Source: an uncultured Gammaproteobacteria bacterium
Lineage (GTDB): Bacteria; Patescibacteriota; Microgenomatia; CAYQLK01
Reading direction: 5' to 3'
Assembly: GCA_964404855.1 (NCBI GenBank)
Contig: CAYOLO010000001.1
Location: 30,245 to 94,244, forward strand
Length of the DNA stretch: 64,000 bases
A program made the position numbers and the translations under genes. The notes under the pieces are model-generated. The model made no database searches and had not been told where the DNA came from. It was given only the letters and a program-made list of their open reading frames with translations. Positions 39,238 to 49,142 of the stretch are shown here, piece by piece. Numbering within the stretch: the stretch's first letter is position 1; each line of letters opens with the position of its first letter.

Positions 39238-40320
39238 TTAGCTATTCGTTTCGTTGAAGTCAGACTCGACCACAGTGGAACCTTGATATATTTTGGGTTT
39301 TGACTCCCAGTCGGAAGCTACTTGGGCCTGCTGATTAGCGGGGGTATGATCACGAACTGGAGCAACTCTTTGTGGTTGAGCTGGTTGTTGTTGGTTTGGT
39401 CGGTTATCGTAATTTGGTCCAGCAGGTTGGCGGTTACGATCTCGATTACGGTTACGATCTCGGTCTCTATTCCTTGCTTGTCTGTCTCTATCAAAATTTT
39501 GCTGTGGTTGGGATATGTTGGATTGATGTTGAGTTTGTGGTTGAGCTGGTTGTGGGTGTGAATTTTCAGATGGGCGATGGTCCACGCTTTTGGTGGAAAG
39601 TGCAGTTTTATTGGCCCCATTTGTGACAGCCCAAGTCGCAACTTCGAGGGTGTTTGGGGTAAGATTGGCGACTGAAAAATTATTAGTTGCCGAATATAGT
39701 CCTTGGAAAATATTAAACGCAAGATCTTCCCATACTGGAAGTTTGGTTGTCTCAATAATCCTTGCGACAATTTCTGAAATAGATTTTGCCTCTTGGTCAA
39801 TTATTGTTTTGTCTGTTCCAGCAGCATGACTTTGATTGTTAGAAATAACCAAAACAGGACTTTGGCTAGAGCCAAATTCCGGAAATTTTGATAAAGCGGA
39901 CTGCAGATCTTGACCGAGAGCAATAATCAGGTCAAAAGAAGAAGTTTCGTACCCAAATGAAATTTCATTGGAGTCAAATTTGTCAACATTTTCTCTGGGA
40001 AAAAGCATAAATTTAAGATCATCTCCATCAACAAAATGTTTGACTCTTTTTAATTTTGGTACTGCGTTTTTGAGAGTAATAACAAAATTATCCGACGGAA
40101 CGGAATTACTAAGCTGGTCGATATCAAAAAAATTAGAATCCCCGACTCTAGCTGGTGTTGGAGAAAGTAGTGAAACAGATTGATTAACTTTTCTTAACGC
40201 CATCATCAAAGCAAGACCTGCAGCCAAAATATCATTACTGTAGTTAGCTGGAATAAGAATAGCCGTCTTTGTTCCGGGAATAAGAGCTGGTTCGATGGCA
40301 GTAGTATTAATTGTTTTCAT
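39238..40320 (-). CDS. Degenerate DHH/NrnA-like phosphoesterase homolog with low-complexity tail
   Basis: D...AGLAL, AKSISEIV, ATNNF; canonical DxD and DHH motifs absent; syntenic position after infB; W..PKIYQG end. Confidence 0.65.
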   Translation of the reverse strand: MKTINTTAIEPALIPGTKTAILIPANYSNDILAAGLALMMALRKVNQSVSLLSPTPARVGDSNFFDIDQLSNSVPSDNFVITLKNAVPKLKRVKHFVDGDDLKFMLFPRENVDKFDSNEISFGYETSSFDLIIALGQDLQSALSKFPEFGSSQSPVLVISNNQSHAAGTDKTIIDQEAKSISEIVARIIETTKLPVWEDLAFNIFQGLYSATNNFSVANLTPNTLEVATWAVTNGANKTALSTKSVDHRPSENSHPQPAQPQTQHQSNISQPQQNFDRDRQARNRDRDRNRNRDRNRQPAGPNYDNRPNQQQPAQPQRVAPVRDHTPANQQAQVASDWESKPKIYQGSTVVESDFNETNS

Positions 40321-40376
40321 TAGTATTTTTGGTAAGGCAGGGAAATGTTTATAAGTAACACTAAAGGCTTAGGGTG

Positions 40377-41834
40377 TTACTCCGAGATGAATTCTAGCTT
40401 ATCGCCAATTTTGAAGTCAAGCGGAGGTGAAAGCAACACTCCACACTCTTGGCCTGCTCGTACATCGTTAACTTCTTTGGACCTTTGTTTGAGTGAAGTA
40501 ATCTTTGCTTCGGTTAATACTTGTCCGTTACGAGACAAAAATACGTTCATGCCGTTTTTGAGAGAACCCTTTGTAACTTTTACGCCTGCGATGTGAACGC
40601 CTTCTATAGTAAATTCTGCGGTTATTTCTGCAACAGCTTTTATTTTTTCTTCCTCTTTTTCAGCTTCGATTGCTGCAACAACATCGTCGATATCGTCAAG
40701 AAGTTCGTAAATAATCTTGTAAGGTTTAATAATGACACCTTCTCTAGACGCAGATTTTTCTACATCAGTTGGAACTTTGACATTAAAGGCTAAGATTGGA
40801 GCAATGGCCGATTTGCTTAAAGTAACATCATTACTTGTCACATCGCCTGTTGAAGAAAACAGTACTTGAACCTTGTTGGGAATATTTTTGATAATTGCTT
40901 CAAGTGAGCCAGAAACATCAGCTTTAACAATAATTAAAAAACTGTCTTTTTTGGCTTGACCAGCGGCAATTAGATCTCCGGCCAAAACAGCGATAGGTTG
41001 GTTATCTTCTGCACCTTCTTCTTGGCTTCCAACAGCAACATCAGTAACCAAAGTACCTGTGTCAGGCACAAAACTAAGACCTGTTATTTCTACAGGAGTT
41101 GATGGGCCAGCCTCTTTAAGCACGGCGCCTTTGTCGGAAGTAATTGAGCGAATTTTGCTGGTCTTATCCCCTACAAAAATATCTTGTCCGGTTTTGAGTA
41201 TTCCTGATTTGACGATTGCATGCGTAACAGCTCCTTTGTTTTTGGTCATTTCTGATTCGATAACTACGGCAGAAAATGGTTCGTCAGAGGTATCTTTGAG
41301 ATCGACCATATCGGAGACTAAAATTATCATATCCAACAAATCGTTGATACCTAATCCTGTGGTAGCAGAAACCTGAACAACCGGAACATCTCCGCCATTT
41401 TTATCAAGCTCAACCCCTGCTTTGGTTAGTTCGCCGAGAACTTTTTCGACATTAAGATTAGGAAGATCGATTTTGTTAAGAACGACGATCATTTTGGCGC
41501 CTGAATTATTAATATGTTTGATGGCTTCTATAGTCTGAGGCTTGACCCCATCGTTGGCGGCAACAACCAAAAGAGCAATATCAGAAGCTTGAGCTCCACG
41601 GGAACGCATAGCTTCAAAAGCCGCATGACCTGGAGTATCAATAAAAGTAATTAATCTGCCATTAAAATCAATTTGATAAGCACCAATCGCCTGAGTAATA
41701 CCCCCCGACTCGCGGGCTGCAACATTAGCGGAACGAATTTTGTCTAAAAGTGAAGTTTTGCCGTGATCAACATGCCCCAAAACCGAGACGACCGGCGGAC
41801 GATTTTTGGTTGTAGTTACTGTGTCTTTTGGCAT
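40377..41834 (-). CDS. infB: Translation initiation factor IF-2 (no N-terminal domain)
   Basis: RPPVVSVLGHVDHGKT, DTPGHAAF, NKID. Confidence 0.97.
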   Translation of the reverse strand: MPKDTVTTTKNRPPVVSVLGHVDHGKTSLLDKIRSANVAARESGGITQAIGAYQIDFNGRLITFIDTPGHAAFEAMRSRGAQASDIALLVVAANDGVKPQTIEAIKHINNSGAKMIVVLNKIDLPNLNVEKVLGELTKAGVELDKNGGDVPVVQVSATTGLGINDLLDMIILVSDMVDLKDTSDEPFSAVVIESEMTKNKGAVTHAIVKSGILKTGQDIFVGDKTSKIRSITSDKGAVLKEAGPSTPVEITGLSFVPDTGTLVTDVAVGSQEEGAEDNQPIAVLAGDLIAAGQAKKDSFLIIVKADVSGSLEAIIKNIPNKVQVLFSSTGDVTSNDVTLSKSAIAPILAFNVKVPTDVEKSASREGVIIKPYKIIYELLDDIDDVVAAIEAEKEEEKIKAVAEITAEFTIEGVHIAGVKVTKGSLKNGMNVFLSRNGQVLTEAKITSLKQRSKEVNDVRAGQECGVLLSPPLDFKIGDKLEFISE

Positions 41835-41878
41835 TATTTGTTTTTTTTAGATTTCTCACTTTTGTCACTTGAGCTAAA

Positions 41879-43165
41879 TTAAGCTTTGGCTTCTTCAGGC
41901 TCTGGTTCAGAAGCAACCTCGGCGGTGGCATCTTCAACTGTTTCATCAGTAGCTGCTACTTCTTCAGTTGTTTCGGCTTCTGCAACTTCCTCGGTAGGAG
42001 CAACTTCTACAGGAGCAGCGTCGACTGCGACTTCAGTTGTGTTGACAGGCTCCTCAACTTTTACCTCTTCGGATACAGCTTCGACTGGTTCTGCTGTTTC
42101 CTCGATCTTTCCTTCTTCAACACTTTCTTTTGCTTCAACAACTTCTTCTTTTTTGACCTCTTGGACGATTGGATCGTCTTTGAGTGAAGGAATTCTGGAT
42201 TCAGAAGTCGTACCTGATCCTTGAATATCGATTTTGTATCCGGTTAACTTGGCAGCAAGGCGAACATTTTGTCCGTCTTTACCGATTGCTAACGATAACT
42301 GATCTTCAGGTACTGTAACGACAGCGGTTTTTTCTTCCTCGTTAATAGTGACAACTATTTCTTTGGCTGGAGACAAGCTTTGAGCAATAAAGGTTTTAAT
42401 GTCATCAGAATATTGAATAATATCGATTCTTTCAGATCCAAGCTCATTAATTACAGCCTGAATACGCACGCCTTTTTGTCCAACACAGCTACCAACTGGA
42501 TCGACACCCATTTGGTTACTCGAAACTGCAATTTTAGAGCGCTGTCCAGCTTCGCGAGCGATAGCTTTGATTTCGACAGCTCCACCAGAAAGCTCTGGAA
42601 CTTCGGCCTTAATTAGACCTTCAAGAAGACCTTTATCAGCACGGGAGACAATTATTTCTTCACCATGAGTACCTTCTTTGATACCAACAATATAAAATTT
42701 AAGTCTTTGTCCTAGAGAATAGTTTTCGTTCTGCATCTGCTCTTGAGGAGGCATAATTGCTTCGGCTTTGCCAAGGTTAACAGTAACGATTGGTCCAGAA
42801 ATACGCTGAACTTGTCCGCCCATAATTGTGCCTGTTTTGGTACGGAATTCGTCCAAAATTGAATTTTTCTCTGATTCTCTGATTCTTTGCAAAATTACTT
42901 GTTTGGCTGTTTGAGCAGCAATACGCCCAAAACCAGCTGGCGTGACATTTTTGCCGTCTTTTTTGATTTGAACTTCACCCGTAACAGGATCAAGATCAAC
43001 TTCAACTTCGTTTTCTTCTGGGTCAAAGTCTTTGTGATAGGCTGCGGCAATTGCAATTTTTATAGTTTCAATAACATCAGAAACGTCAATTCCACGCTCG
43101 GAAGCGACCTGATTTAAGGCTGCAGCAAATTCTGTTCGGGCAACAAAAGGGTTGTTATTATCCAT
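41879..43165 (-). CDS. nusA: Transcription factor NusA with acidic tail
   Basis: FGRIAAQTAKQV, AREAG.RSK, AIGKDGQNVRLA. Confidence 0.97.
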   Translation of the reverse strand: MDNNNPFVARTEFAAALNQVASERGIDVSDVIETIKIAIAAAYHKDFDPEENEVEVDLDPVTGEVQIKKDGKNVTPAGFGRIAAQTAKQVILQRIRESEKNSILDEFRTKTGTIMGGQVQRISGPIVTVNLGKAEAIMPPQEQMQNENYSLGQRLKFYIVGIKEGTHGEEIIVSRADKGLLEGLIKAEVPELSGGAVEIKAIAREAGQRSKIAVSSNQMGVDPVGSCVGQKGVRIQAVINELGSERIDIIQYSDDIKTFIAQSLSPAKEIVVTINEEEKTAVVTVPEDQLSLAIGKDGQNVRLAAKLTGYKIDIQGSGTTSESRIPSLKDDPIVQEVKKEEVVEAKESVEEGKIEETAEPVEAVSEEVKVEEPVNTTEVAVDAAPVEVAPTEEVAEAETTEEVAATDETVEDATAEVASEPEPEEAKA

Positions 43166-43367
43166 ATTTTTTATTTTTTAAGGTTAGTTCAGAAACAAAA
43201 AAGGCAGACCACTTATTAACCACGTGTCTACCCCACATTCCTGTTTAACCTTATCAAGGGTGTATTCTAGTCACTCAAGGCCTCGAAGTCAAATCACAAC
43301 AGGCGTGATATATAATTTGCCAGAATAGCAGATAATTATGAGTTATACTCTTAAAAATTAAAATCTA

Positions 43368-44252
43368 ATGAAAAAAACAGATAAACAAATACCTGTCCTA
43401 CTTTATTATAAGTATGTCAATATCTCTGACCCTCACAAAGAAGTGGTAATTCAGAGAGAATTTTGTGAAGTCAATAATATTACTGGCAGAATACTAATTG
43501 GGTTCGAGGGCATAAACGGTACAATTGCAGGTAATAAAAAAAATACCGATAAATACGAAACTTGGATGCAAGAAAGAGGTGAGTTTAAGGATATTGAGTT
43601 TAAGGTAAGTTTAGGGTCTGAAGATACTTTTTCTAAGTTAAAAATTAAATTCCGCCCTGAAATTGTGACTTTGGGGGTTGAGGGACTAGATCCAACTGTA
43701 AGCGGCAAACGAATGTCGGCTGATGAGCTACATAATATTCTTGGTGAACAAAAAGATGATGTGGTTCTGGTTGATATGCGTAACGACTACGAATCGGCTA
43801 TCGGCAAGTTCGAGGGAGCAACTCTTGCTCCAATACACAGATTTCGCGAATTGCCTAATGTAATTGGTGAACTCAGTAAATACAAAAATAAAAAAGTCAT
43901 TACCTACTGTACGGGAGGAATCAGGTGTGAAAAAGCTTCGGCATTATTGTTAAAGGAAGGCTTTACAGATGTTTATCAGCTAGATGGGGGAATATTTAAA
44001 TATGCCGAAAAATATCCTGATGGATATTTTGAAGGTAAATGTTTTGTGTTTGATAAAAGAATGTCGGTAAGTTTTAATCAAAAAAAGGACGCCAAAATTC
44101 TTACAAATTGCAAATTGTGTAATAAAAAGAGCGATAATTACATTGATTGTGCCAACAAAACCTGCCACGATTTATTTATCTGTTGCACGGACTGTGCAAG
44201 TAAATATAATGATTATTGTAGTGAAGAGTGCAGAATAAAATGCCAAAATTAG
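43368..44252 (+). CDS. trhO: Oxygen-dependent tRNA U34 hydroxylase (rhodanese family)
   Basis: EGINGT, DMRNDYE, YCTGGIRCEKAS, C-terminal Cys cluster. Confidence 0.9.
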   Translation: MKKTDKQIPVLLYYKYVNISDPHKEVVIQREFCEVNNITGRILIGFEGINGTIAGNKKNTDKYETWMQERGEFKDIEFKVSLGSEDTFSKLKIKFRPEIVTLGVEGLDPTVSGKRMSADELHNILGEQKDDVVLVDMRNDYESAIGKFEGATLAPIHRFRELPNVIGELSKYKNKKVITYCTGGIRCEKASALLLKEGFTDVYQLDGGIFKYAEKYPDGYFEGKCFVFDKRMSVSFNQKKDAKILTNCKLCNKKSDNYIDCANKTCHDLFICCTDCASKYNDYCSEECRIKCQN

Positions 44253-45538
44253 CTAAAAAATCTCAAGACATAAACATTTCAAAAGGATTAAATTACTTAT
44301 TTGCAGTCTTTGTTGTTCTATTAGCGACAATGCTTGTTTTTCAAACGACGACTTGCCAAGGCTTAGTTGCGGTTGGTATGACTGGAAAATCGCCAATTAT
44401 TGAAATTAATAAAGTTGCTCGAGGATATACCCTGATTACTCCAATAAGCCAAAGATCAGACACTGGCGGAAAAAATATGGTTTATCTGGCTGACTTGTAC
44501 GGCCAACCAGTACATAACTGGACTACAGAATTCGCTGCATTCTATAGCGTATTAGATAATCAAGCTAATCTAGTTACAGCAATAGTCAGTCCGTTCGATC
44601 CCAAAAACTACCCCACTGGAGCAAGGACCGGATTAATCCAAAAACTTAACTGGAATGGTGAAAAAATTTGGGAATACAAAAACGATTTTACCCATCACGA
44701 CTTTGCGGTTTTGCCAAATGGAAATGTGGCGGTAACTGTCTGGGAGATAATCCCCAAAAATATTTCTGACAAAATAAAGGGGGGCATACCTAACTCGGAA
44801 TTTAAAGGAGAAATTTGGGGTGACAAAATAGTTGAAGTAGATAAGGATGGCAAAGAAGTATGGAGCTGGAGTGCGCATGAAAATATGGATACAAATATTG
44901 ATGTATTTCAACCTTCAACTGCTAGATCTACCTGGACATTACTTAACGGAGTTACCTATCTTCCTAAGGATCCGATTGAAGGCAAAGAAGCATATTTAAT
45001 ATCACTAAGAGGAGTTAATACTGTTGCAATAGTCAGAAAAGAGGATGGCAAGATAATTTGGAGAAGCCCAAAGGGGGCTTTTAGCGGACAACATGATGCG
45101 ACATTACTGCCAAATGGAAATATTCTGGCTTTCAATAATAATATCGATGCAGCTTTTTCTAATCCCCCAACAGGATCAAATATTACAGAAATCAATCCCA
45201 AAACTAACGAAATTGTTTGGCAGTTGGATAATGGAGCAAAGGGAATTGAGAATAAAAGATTCTATTCTTATCTAGTTGGTGGTGCCCAAAGACTAGTTAA
45301 TGGAAATACTTTTGTTGCAGACGGTTTGCAGGGTCATATGTTTGAGGTCACAGCGGACAAAAAACTAGTCTGGGACTTAGTTAATCCATTCACAACACCT
45401 GAAACAGGAATATTCCCAAATAATGCAATGTTTAAGGCAAAAAAATATACTAACGAGCAAATTAACTGGCCCACTAAACTGAAGAGTGATATGCCAAAAA
45501 GTGCCGAGGTATGTAGAACTCTGAATGGATTTATTTAG
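44228..45538 (+). CDS. Arylsulfotransferase (ASST)-like beta-propeller protein
   Basis: HHDF, ISLR, QHDA, AQRLVNGNT; N-terminal TM. Confidence 0.82.
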   Translation: MQNKMPKLAKKSQDINISKGLNYLFAVFVVLLATMLVFQTTTCQGLVAVGMTGKSPIIEINKVARGYTLITPISQRSDTGGKNMVYLADLYGQPVHNWTTEFAAFYSVLDNQANLVTAIVSPFDPKNYPTGARTGLIQKLNWNGEKIWEYKNDFTHHDFAVLPNGNVAVTVWEIIPKNISDKIKGGIPNSEFKGEIWGDKIVEVDKDGKEVWSWSAHENMDTNIDVFQPSTARSTWTLLNGVTYLPKDPIEGKEAYLISLRGVNTVAIVRKEDGKIIWRSPKGAFSGQHDATLLPNGNILAFNNNIDAAFSNPPTGSNITEINPKTNEIVWQLDNGAKGIENKRFYSYLVGGAQRLVNGNTFVADGLQGHMFEVTADKKLVWDLVNPFTTPETGIFPNNAMFKAKKYTNEQINWPTKLKSDMPKSAEVCRTLNGFI

Positions 45539-45562
45539 TGCTTAACTTGCCATAATTAACCA

Positions 45563-46813
45563 ATGCTCAAACAATTCAATAATAAAAAAAATAGTCTAGT
45601 ATTGGTGACTTTATTGATACTAGTTACGGCGGTCGGTTTTGAAAAAACTGTTTGTAGTAGTTTTGACGCTGTAAATAGCTATGGAAATTCGCCTATTGTA
45701 GGCAGACATAAAGTATCCGACGGATATGTTCTTATTAGTCCTTTCAGTCAAAAATCTGAGAAGGGTGTAAAAAATAAAATTTATCTTACGGACAATTATG
45801 GAAGAGAAGTAAAATCTTGGGAAGTTGAATCGGGAGTTTTTTATAGCGTACTTAAACCAAACGGCAATCTTGTAGTATCTCAACAAAAGGAATTAGCTGG
45901 TGGAAAGACTGGAATTATTCAGGAGTTAGATTGGAATAATAATATTGTTTGGGAATACAAAAATGATGAAATGCATCATGATTTCAAAGTATTACCCAAT
46001 GACAATATTGCCCTAACACTCTGGAAAGAAATGCCAACAGAATTGTCGTTAAAAATTAAAGGAGGGGTAGCTGGAACGGAACCAAAAACCGGCATTACGG
46101 GAGACAGACTAATCGAGGTCGATAAAAATGGAGAAGAAGTTTGGAGTTGGAATGCTTACGAACATCTAGACCCAGTACTTGATCCTTTCCCAGATTATTC
46201 AGCTCGAGCTGCTTGGACGATGATTAATGGATTTAGTTATTTACCTAAAGATCCGATCGAAGGAAAAGAGGCGTATTTATTAAGTCTAAGAGTAATAAAT
46301 AAACTAATTATTGTTCGCAAAGAAGATGGAAAAATTATTTGGAAAAGTCCAGAGGGTATGGTTAGCGGACAACACGATCCGACACTGCTACCTAATGGAA
46401 ATATTTTAATTTTTAATAATAATATTGGCGAAATTTACAACACTCCCCCAACTGGATCAAATGTTTTAGAAATAAATCCTAAAACAAATGAAGTTGTTTG
46501 GAGGTTAGAAAATGGACATAAGGGCTTAGAAAATAATCGGTTTTTTTCCTATTTGGTTGGTGGGTCCCAAAGACTAACTAACGGCAATACTTTTGTAAGT
46601 GATGGACAGCATGGCCATTTGTTTGAAGTAACTCCCGACAAAGAATTAGTTTGGGATTTGGTTAATCCTTTTTTAACATCAAAAACAGGAATATGGCCAA
46701 ATAATGCGATGTTTAAGGCAAAAAAATATAGCGAAGAGGAAGTAAAATGGCCAGAAAAATTAAGCAGTAGTAAGCCTTTGAGTGGGGAAGTTTGTGAGAT
46801 GTTAGGGAAATAG
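45563..46813 (+). CDS. Arylsulfotransferase (ASST)-like protein, tandem paralog
   Basis: HHDF, LSLR, QHDP, SQRLTNGNT; highly similar to the upstream gene. Confidence 0.82.
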   Translation: MLKQFNNKKNSLVLVTLLILVTAVGFEKTVCSSFDAVNSYGNSPIVGRHKVSDGYVLISPFSQKSEKGVKNKIYLTDNYGREVKSWEVESGVFYSVLKPNGNLVVSQQKELAGGKTGIIQELDWNNNIVWEYKNDEMHHDFKVLPNDNIALTLWKEMPTELSLKIKGGVAGTEPKTGITGDRLIEVDKNGEEVWSWNAYEHLDPVLDPFPDYSARAAWTMINGFSYLPKDPIEGKEAYLLSLRVINKLIIVRKEDGKIIWKSPEGMVSGQHDPTLLPNGNILIFNNNIGEIYNTPPTGSNVLEINPKTNEVVWRLENGHKGLENNRFFSYLVGGSQRLTNGNTFVSDGQHGHLFEVTPDKELVWDLVNPFLTSKTGIWPNNAMFKAKKYSEEEVKWPEKLSSSKPLSGEVCEMLGK

Positions 46814-46854
46814 TATTATTTTTTTGTTTTTAGATAGGATTAATTTTAAATTTC

Positions 46855-47323
46855 TTTTTTTTCAATCTGCTTTCTTGGACGCAATTTTGGATGTTTGCTT
46901 TTTGCTAAAAGCGAACTCTGCGCAACCAAAGTTGCTTCGACCCGAGAGATTTCTTTCTTTCACTTTTTGCTCGCTCTTTTGCTAAAACAAAATCTGTGCC
47001 CACTCAAAAAAAGAGATCCAAGAAAACATATTGAGGAATTAGGGAACAAAAAAACAAAAGGCGTTCACGGTGAAATATTGGACTTGTTAGTTTGCTTAAC
47101 AGCAAACAATTAAAACTGGAGTGGGGAGAGAAAAGCGTGGAGTTTATAGGTTCTCGCTCAAACTCGCAAAATATTTCGAGTCCCCCGAAATTTTATTGAG
47201 TGCTCGCTTTCTGGCGAAAACTACGCCTCGATTTTTGATTCTCAAAAAATCAGTTTGAGCTACAAGCCTGCGTTAAGAATGAATTAAAGATTCATTCTCT
47301 CGTTGAGACAGGAGACCTGAAAC
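46855..47323. repeat. Modular structured intergenic repeat, copy A
   Basis: Shares gagatttctttctttcactttttgctcgctcttttgctaaa, aaaagagatcca, caaaaggcgttca..gtgaaatattggact and ttataggttctcgctcaaa...tttgagctacaagcctgcgtt with other copies. Confidence 0.85.
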
Positions 47324-47325
47324 AT

Positions 47326-47368
47326 AAAAAAGCCCCCTGAGAGTGGAGGTGTGGTACTCTCAGAGGGC
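47326..47368 (-). terminator. Rho-independent terminator
   Basis: gccccctgagagt/actctcagagggc stem with A6 on + side. Confidence 0.75.
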
Positions 47369-47409
47369 GAAGAAAATGGTGGCTGGAGTGGTACGTTTTA
47401 CGTACTGGA

Positions 47410-47559
47410 TTAGTACGAGGTCGAAATCTTGACTTCACCAGGGTCGTACCGCCAAGCCTGGCGGAGACGACGATTCGCACGGCGCTTGAGGAAGCAACGG
47501 CCTTTTGGTCCGCGGTACTCGAGGGCGGAGCCGAGAGACTTGATCGGGCTGTACTTCAA
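47410..47559 (-). CDS. 49-aa basic peptide not in the ORF track (MKYSPIKSLGSALEYRGPKGRCFLKRRANRRLRQAWRYDPGEVKISTSY)
   Basis: TTG start with GGAG SD, perfect promoter upstream, terminator downstream, GC-rich codons. Confidence 0.65.
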   Translation of the reverse strand: MKYSPIKSLGSALEYRGPKGRCFLKRRANRRLRQAWRYDPGEVKISTSY

Positions 47560-47591
47560 CAGACACTCCAATTTGTTAATTTGTTGACACT

Positions 47592-47620
47592 ATTATATAT
47601 TATTATAGGTCTTTTGTCAA
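47592..47620 (-). promoter_or_regulatory. Perfect sigma70 consensus promoter
   Basis: Minus strand TTGACA-17 bp-TATAAT. Confidence 0.8.
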
Positions 47621-47728
47621 GTACTATGGGCCTTAATATTAGAAGTACTTTTATTCACAGGGCTGTGTTGTAAATAAAATTTTGAGAGTAATTGAGGGCG
47701 AATAAAAGAGGTTAGGTGATTGAGAATT

Positions 47729-48925
47729 TTAATAATTAGCAATGTCTATTTTGGAGATTATTTGTCTGCCAATTTTTTCTCCCAAATCAAAACCCGCGTC
47801 ATTATCGATTTGAAAATGTATACCACTCATTAATCTCGTGTCGCGAGCCTCTTTAGCATCATCGAGCCACATTTGCTCTTTTTCTGGTACCAGTTTACTT
47901 AATACTTCTGCTGCTGCTCGTGAAACGGTTGAATGACCGGATAGATAACTTGGAAAGTTTGGATTATTCTGAGTGATTGATAATTGCTTCATGCGCATTG
48001 ATGGTCTGGCGGTCCAGTAGGTAAACTTGACCTTCCAGCATTCCATGAAAGCATCTGCTATGGTCTGGGTTAGGATTTTTTGATATCTGGCATACTGCAT
48101 GTCGTGTATTTTTTGATCCTTAGTTTCTTCATATAATCTGTTAAGCCAAATTCCCGAGGGAGCTTCGGTACCAGGCCCTCCTGCCCAGAATTCAATTTTT
48201 GGCAACCACTCTTTGTCATCACGACTCTTAACTGCAGCAATTACTATTTCTATCTCTTTTTTATCTTGAGCTGAATTGAGTATTGGCGGAGCAGGTGTTT
48301 CAAAGTTGTAGTTGTTATCCAATACCCATCTAGTCCATTCGCCTGCGGTAGGCGAGTAAGGATTTTTACCTACCCACTTACCCTCTCCACTCGGAATAAT
48401 TTCATCCCAAATTAGATTATTTTTGCCATCGGTTTTTTCGCGATCTTGATATTTTTTAAGAATCTGCTTAGTTTGTGATGAAATTTTTTCACTTGAGTTA
48501 TTTGAAATTTCTTCAAAGTATTTATTCGTTTGGCTAATGTCGTTAGACATTATTTGGTTAATTATTTCTTTTGTCGCCAAACTTGACTGAATATTACTTC
48601 CATTTACAGCTAAAACATCGGCATAAACTGAGGCGACATAAGCATAGAATCTCGCTGACTCTGGTGGTGTGGGTTCGTTTTTTTTGACCAGATTTTGCGC
48701 ATATTCAACCCAAAGTCTTGATCCATTGCGATATTTAAGATTATTCTCCTCGTTCACAAACGCGTCATCATAACTGCGAGTGTAGTCTGGAACGTTTTTA
48801 ATTACTGAATTTTGGGAAATAAAAAAAATATTTGACAAAAAATAAACAATGACGAATACAATCGCCAATATTATTGACAGTTTATATTTTTTCCACTTGT
48901 TTTCAGAAGGCCTTTTTTTGGACAT
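47729..48925 (-). CDS. Vanadium-haloperoxidase/PAP2 superfamily exported protein
   Basis: KFTYWTARP, FPSYLSGHS, RLMSGIHF..D; N-terminal TM. Confidence 0.82.
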   Translation of the reverse strand: MSKKRPSENKWKKYKLSIILAIVFVIVYFLSNIFFISQNSVIKNVPDYTRSYDDAFVNEENNLKYRNGSRLWVEYAQNLVKKNEPTPPESARFYAYVASVYADVLAVNGSNIQSSLATKEIINQIMSNDISQTNKYFEEISNNSSEKISSQTKQILKKYQDREKTDGKNNLIWDEIIPSGEGKWVGKNPYSPTAGEWTRWVLDNNYNFETPAPPILNSAQDKKEIEIVIAAVKSRDDKEWLPKIEFWAGGPGTEAPSGIWLNRLYEETKDQKIHDMQYARYQKILTQTIADAFMECWKVKFTYWTARPSMRMKQLSITQNNPNFPSYLSGHSTVSRAAAEVLSKLVPEKEQMWLDDAKEARDTRLMSGIHFQIDNDAGFDLGEKIGRQIISKIDIANY

Positions 48926-49090
48926 TAGTTAAATTATAAACTCTTGCCGTTAATATCACCGATAGAAAAGAGAGACTGTCAACTGTATGTCAACTTAATT
49001 TGTACCGAATTTTTCTTAACTTATCTCAAACTTGTTTTTCACCTCGACAGAAATATTTATATATTTAATAAAATTATTATAATTTTTAAT

Positions 49091-49119
49091 AAAAAAAGCC
49101 CTCCTTTTTAGGGGAGGGC
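49091..49119 (-). terminator. Rho-independent terminator
   Basis: gccctcc/ggagggc stem, loop tttttagg, A7 on + side. Confidence 0.75.
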
Positions 49120-49142
49120 GTGTGGGATGGATAGAGCGGATA

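Noticed and set aside
39430-39495. Short tandem repeats (cgattacggttacgatctc) and similar ones at 36290-36430
   Set aside because: They encode low-complexity RD/RN and RGG protein tails, not independent DNA elements
46895-47113. 72-aa ORF and similar 61-aa ORF at 58648..58833
   Set aside because: Their similarity comes from the shared non-coding repeat; starts and frames are not conserved across copies
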